The notes under the pieces: generated by a model
Database searches by the model: none
What the model saw: the letters and a program-made list of their open reading frames with translations, nothing else
Told to the model about the DNA's origin: nothing
Part shown: piece after piece, positions 60,826-64,000 of the stretch
How positions within the stretch are numbered: position 1 is the stretch's first letter
Layout of the letters: the number at the start of each line of letters is the position of its first letter
Made by a program: the position numbers and the translations under genes
Origin: an uncultured Actinomycetes bacterium
Lineage (GTDB): Bacteria > Actinomycetota > Thermoleophilia > UBA2241
NCBI GenBank assembly: GCA_963767005.1
Contig: CAVYCN010000004.1
Span: forward strand, 480,001 to 544,000
Direction: 5' to 3'
Length of the DNA: 64,000 nucleotides

Positions 60826-61515
60826 TCAGGCTGCGCTCTCCTCGCACATTGGGCTGCCGGCCCCGTGGGCTGCCAAGGTTGCGAGCTCTGCCTGCGTCAG
60901 GTCCAGACGCAGCTTGCTGCCCGCCCAGTCGATCGCGCTGACGTGTCCGACCCCGACAGCGACATCGCCTCTAGCGCCTGCGACCACAAGGCATCCGATC
61001 TGCCACGTCTCGTCGTCGAGCACGAAGTCGCGCAGCACTCCGAGGCTCTCGTTTGAACCCTCGACCGGGTAGCCGCTCATGATGGCGATGCTGCGCAGGT
61101 GGGGGTCGCTGCTCTGGCCGGTACGGGTGCGCGGTGCAAGGACGCAGGCTTGTTCGGCAGAGGTCGCCGAAGCCTCCGTGGTCCTGGGCTCGCTCAGGTA
61201 GTAGCGCCAGCCCACTGTGTCGTAGTGGAGTTGCTGCTGCTGCACGGCGATTGGCGGATCGTACTCGATATCGGGAGCCGCCGAGACCTCCCACAGCTCA
61301 AGCGAGAACTCGACCCTCTGACGGTCCCGGTTCAGTCGCCGCACGGCCTGCGGCGAGACGAGGGCGTGACGCACACGCGACAGCGACAGAGTCTCGACGA
61401 TCAGATGCCGCACGCGCCAGGTGCGGTCATCGACAAGCAGGTCGCGCACGACCCCCGCCGGTCCGCCGCGGGCCACCACTTTCCAACCGATGATCTCTCT
61501 CGCGCTCCTCAGCAT
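60826..61515 (-). CDS. PRC-barrel domain protein (two barrels)
   Basis: G.V.D.L.DD..W.VR.L.V pattern twice, with a DPHLRS linker. Confidence 0.85.
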   Translation of the reverse strand: MLRSAREIIGWKVVARGGPAGVVRDLLVDDRTWRVRHLIVETLSLSRVRHALVSPQAVRRLNRDRQRVEFSLELWEVSAAPDIEYDPPIAVQQQQLHYDTVGWRYYLSEPRTTEASATSAEQACVLAPRTRTGQSSDPHLRSIAIMSGYPVEGSNESLGVLRDFVLDDETWQIGCLVVAGARGDVAVGVGHVSAIDWAGSKLRLDLTQAELATLAAHGAGSPMCEESAA

Positions 61516-61750
61516 GGCGATCTCCTTGCTTCAGTCGATGCTGTTGTCCCCAGCCTTTGGACTCCGAAGATCATCGCTGACTGCAGCCGGTCTGCCCCAT
61601 TCGTCTTGCCCACCACCGAAACGCCATCGACTTGCCGGTCGAGACGATGCCCTGCCGAGCTGGCAGGAGCCGTGGTTCCACGTCAGGATGGGAACAAGAG
61701 GACAAGAGACGAATGACGAGGGGTGTCCCTTTGCGCACAGGGTCGTGTTC

Positions 61751-61909
61751 ATGAAGTGGAGATGCACGGTCTGTCCGTACATCTACGATTCCAAGTTCGG
61801 CGATCCGGAGCAGGGGATCGCCCCAGGAACGACCTTTGAGGAGCTGCCCGACGCCTGGCTCTGCCCGGACTGTGTGGTCGGCAAGGAGTTCTTCGAGCCA
61901 CTCGACTGA
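61751..61909 (+). CDS. Rubredoxin
   Basis: CTVC.YIYD...GDP..GI.PGT.FEELP..W.CPDC; ATG at 61751. Confidence 0.93.
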   Translation: MKWRCTVCPYIYDSKFGDPEQGIAPGTTFEELPDAWLCPDCVVGKEFFEPLD

Positions 61910-61995
61910 CGGGGGCTGGAAGCGCGCGACGCCAGTGGCAGGGGAAGGCTGCACTACGCCAGCCTGGGTGCCGACCAGCTGGCCGAGAGCTACTG

Positions 61996-62562
61996 TCAAG
62001 CGGGCTCGCCCGAGCGCTGGGCCGACGAGCTCGTGGCGTGGCGGGCACCGGACTTCAGGGTGGCGGCCATCCCGCGAGTGAGCGACACCGTTGAGCGGGT
62101 GCGCCAACTCGGCTGACCCCTGCGTCGGTCCTGCTCGCCCACTTCGGTCTTGGACGCCTCGAGTTTGTTGAGCAGGCGGGTGAGTTCGCGCACCTCGCCC
62201 GCGTTCCACTCCGAGACGAAGGTCGCAAAGCGGGCGAGCCCGATTGTGCGCAGGCGCTCTGCCTCGGCGCGTCCCTCCTGAGTGAGGCTGACGAGACAGG
62301 AGCGGCGGTCAGCCTCGTTTGCCTGCTCCGCGACAAGGCCGTCTTCTGCGAGCTCCTGGACCTGACGCGTGACCTGAGAGGGGTGGACCTGCAGGGCGCT
62401 TGCGATCTGCGATGGACGCAGACCGGCGCGCTCCTCGAGCAGCTGCAGCACGGTCAGCGCGCTGGCGCCCTTGCTGCGGCGTGCGGCGCGATCGGGGCTC
62501 GCCTTGACGGTGAAGAGGGCCAGAGCCACGGAGGCGACGTCGGCTTCGGTGGGTTTGGTCAT
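61996..62562 (-). CDS. MarR-family regulator
   Basis: S.VTR.V..L...GLV and DRRS..V.LT..G motifs; imperfect palindrome GTTGATTGTGTCAAGCAAC at 62580-62598 upstream. Confidence 0.85.
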   Translation of the reverse strand: MTKPTEADVASVALALFTVKASPDRAARRSKGASALTVLQLLEERAGLRPSQIASALQVHPSQVTRQVQELAEDGLVAEQANEADRRSCLVSLTQEGRAEAERLRTIGLARFATFVSEWNAGEVRELTRLLNKLEASKTEVGEQDRRRGQPSWRTRSTVSLTRGMAATLKSGARHATSSSAQRSGEPA

Positions 62563-62782
62563 GGGGGTAGTGCAGGCCAGTTGATTGTGTCAAGCAACGT
62601 CAAGCCGACAAAGTCGCTGCTCCGAGGGCGATGACACCTCACACTACGACCGATAGGGCTCCAGAAACCGCTGCACCAAGTGGAGAAGCCGACGCGGAGC
62701 CGACGGCGAATACTGCACATGGTGTCTGCTCGATGTCTGACGAGTCGCAGGGCTGTGTGCGACCTCCGTCGAACAAGGCACG

Positions 62783-62995
62783 ATGAATACGCTGGACCTG
62801 CTCGGCAAGCGCGTGCGCTACAACGGTGAGACGGGGGTCGTGGTGAGCCGCTCCGAGCCGAGCCCCCTGCGCCCCGACGGACTAGCCGCGACGCGCGGCC
62901 GATCGGTCACGATCCGCGTTGAGGGACCGCTCGCGCCCCACTTCGTCGAGGTCACAGAAGCCGATCTGGAAGGCATCGAGGTCCTAGGCGACTAG
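62783..62995 (+). CDS. Small hypothetical protein
   Basis: 70 aa, AAGG RBS, GC-rich third codon positions, beta-rich. Confidence 0.5.
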   Translation: MNTLDLLGKRVRYNGETGVVVSRSEPSPLRPDGLAATRGRSVTIRVEGPLAPHFVEVTEADLEGIEVLGD

Positions 62996-63074
62996 GCATG
63001 CCTGGCAGTCTCTCCCGGTCTTGCCTGCGGCCCGACCTCGGCAGCCGAGCTAGAGACCGACATGTCCCCCGACG

Positions 63075-63601
63075 CTATCGGCGGCCGCCTCGGTGCGCGG
63101 GGAGGCGCGCAGTCCCTGGCCGAACACGGCCGGCGGTTCGCCACCCGTAGACCACGACGCGCCGCAGGGCAAAGAGCTCCCTGGGTCGAGCAAGGCCGTA
63201 CTCGACCGAGGTGGCCGCCAGATAGCCGGCGCGGCGCACGGCCGCCTCGACCGTCGCGTCGTAGGCGCCACCCGGGTAGCAGAAGAAGTCGACCGGCACA
63301 TGGAAGTAGCGCCGCAACAGGTCGCACGATCCTTTGAGTTCATAGGCCACAACGGATGGTCGCAAGCGCGTCAGGTCGCGGTGCGTGATGGTGTGGGAGT
63401 CGATCTCCCAGCCCCAGTCGGCCATGCGCGAGATCATGGTGAGGGTGAGAGCCCTTCCGAGGTTGTGGACGATCAGGTTGAGCACGGCGGGATCGCCGTA
63501 GGAGCGCAGCAGCGGTGCCGCGTAACGGTATTGGTCAAGGTAGCCATCGTCAAAGCTCAGCACCACGGGACGGGTGGGCAACCGACGGCCCTGCGTCCAG
63601 C
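63075..63601 (-). pseudogene. 5'-truncated polysaccharide deacetylase (CE4)
   Basis: LSFDDGY, SHTITH and CYPGG motifs; homology stops at WTQGRRLP exactly where the repeat begins. Confidence 0.82.
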
Positions 63602-63680
63602 AGCAGCAAGAAGCGCTGCGTAGAGGAACTTTCTGGTGGGCCGCCTGGGACTCGAACCCAGGACTCCCTGACTAAAAGTG
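63602..63680 (-). repeat. att-like direct repeat copy 2 containing the tRNA-Lys(UUU) 3' half (63634-63679)
   Basis: Minus strand reads cTTTtagtcagggagtcctgggttcgagtcccaggcggcccaCCA; the 5' half of the tRNA is absent. Confidence 0.88.
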
Positions 63681-64000
63681 GTGAGTCGGGTGTGTCGGGC
63701 CGGGCGCTCTCGTGCGTGATTGTGCTGCACTGTCCGGGTTTCTCTGGCGCCGTGGTGCGCCCCCGTGCCCAGGTGTGCCGAGCTGTGCGTGGGCATCTGG
63801 GCGGCAAAATGTCGGCAGGGAAGCGAGCTACCCTTGTGCGAGCTACCCTGGCCGACCGCGCCTCCAGCTTCGGACGTGCCACCTGCGCGGACCTGCCACA
63901 GGACAACAGCGCGCCGGCCCGCGGTCCTCGCCTACGGTCTTCGGCCCGGGGGCCATGTCGCGGTTCGCTTCGGGAAGAGGCTAAGAGGCTTCCGCCTTGG

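Larger units (their letters stand above)
60404..63680. mobile_element. Integrase-less cassette bounded by tRNA-Lys att-like repeats
   Basis: 79-bp direct repeats with a 3198-bp offset; integrase pseudogene adjacent outside the left repeat. Confidence 0.6.

Noticed and set aside
60436-63679. Functional tRNA genes
   Set aside because: Both copies lack the acceptor 5' strand and D-arm, and each has an anticodon-loop mutation.

Overview
High-GC actinobacterial DNA. The gene repertoire and surface-protein domains suggest class Thermoleophilia, which is an inference. The window has two regimes. From 1 to ~37.5 kb the genes are almost all intact: an MFS pump, a PAS-PAS-GGDEF cyclase, an RCC1-repeat protein, an L,D-transpeptidase, HtrA, a GNAT-PAS-histidine kinase/NarL-type pair and an ECF sigma/anti-sigma pair. 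This part also holds a TetR-controlled catabolic locus (two amidohydrolases, a peptide-type ABC importer and a CocE/NonD hydrolase, with two visible operators), gadB and a redox cluster. From ~37.5 to 64 kb lies a decaying accessory region. It contains many gene fragments (GAF/HD-GYP, HATPase, VOC, flavodoxin, RpoD-like sigma, polysaccharide deacetylase), four large intact exported proteins (two G1 glutamic peptidases, two BNR beta-propellers) and a dead tyrosine integrase with a zinc-ribbon insertion. It also carries two 79-bp direct repeats containing the 3' half of tRNA-Lys(UUU), which bracket a 3.2-kb integrase-less cassette. No CRISPR array, rRNA, complete tRNA or reverse transcriptase was seen. 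The best candidates for something undescribed are the shared surface-display modules of the exported proteins, the Cys/His-motif PAS sensor shared by a cyclase and a kinase, the tandem tRNA-Lys att array, and the TetR/ABC/hydrolase pathway of unknown substrate. All calls come from reading motifs by eye; no database search was run.
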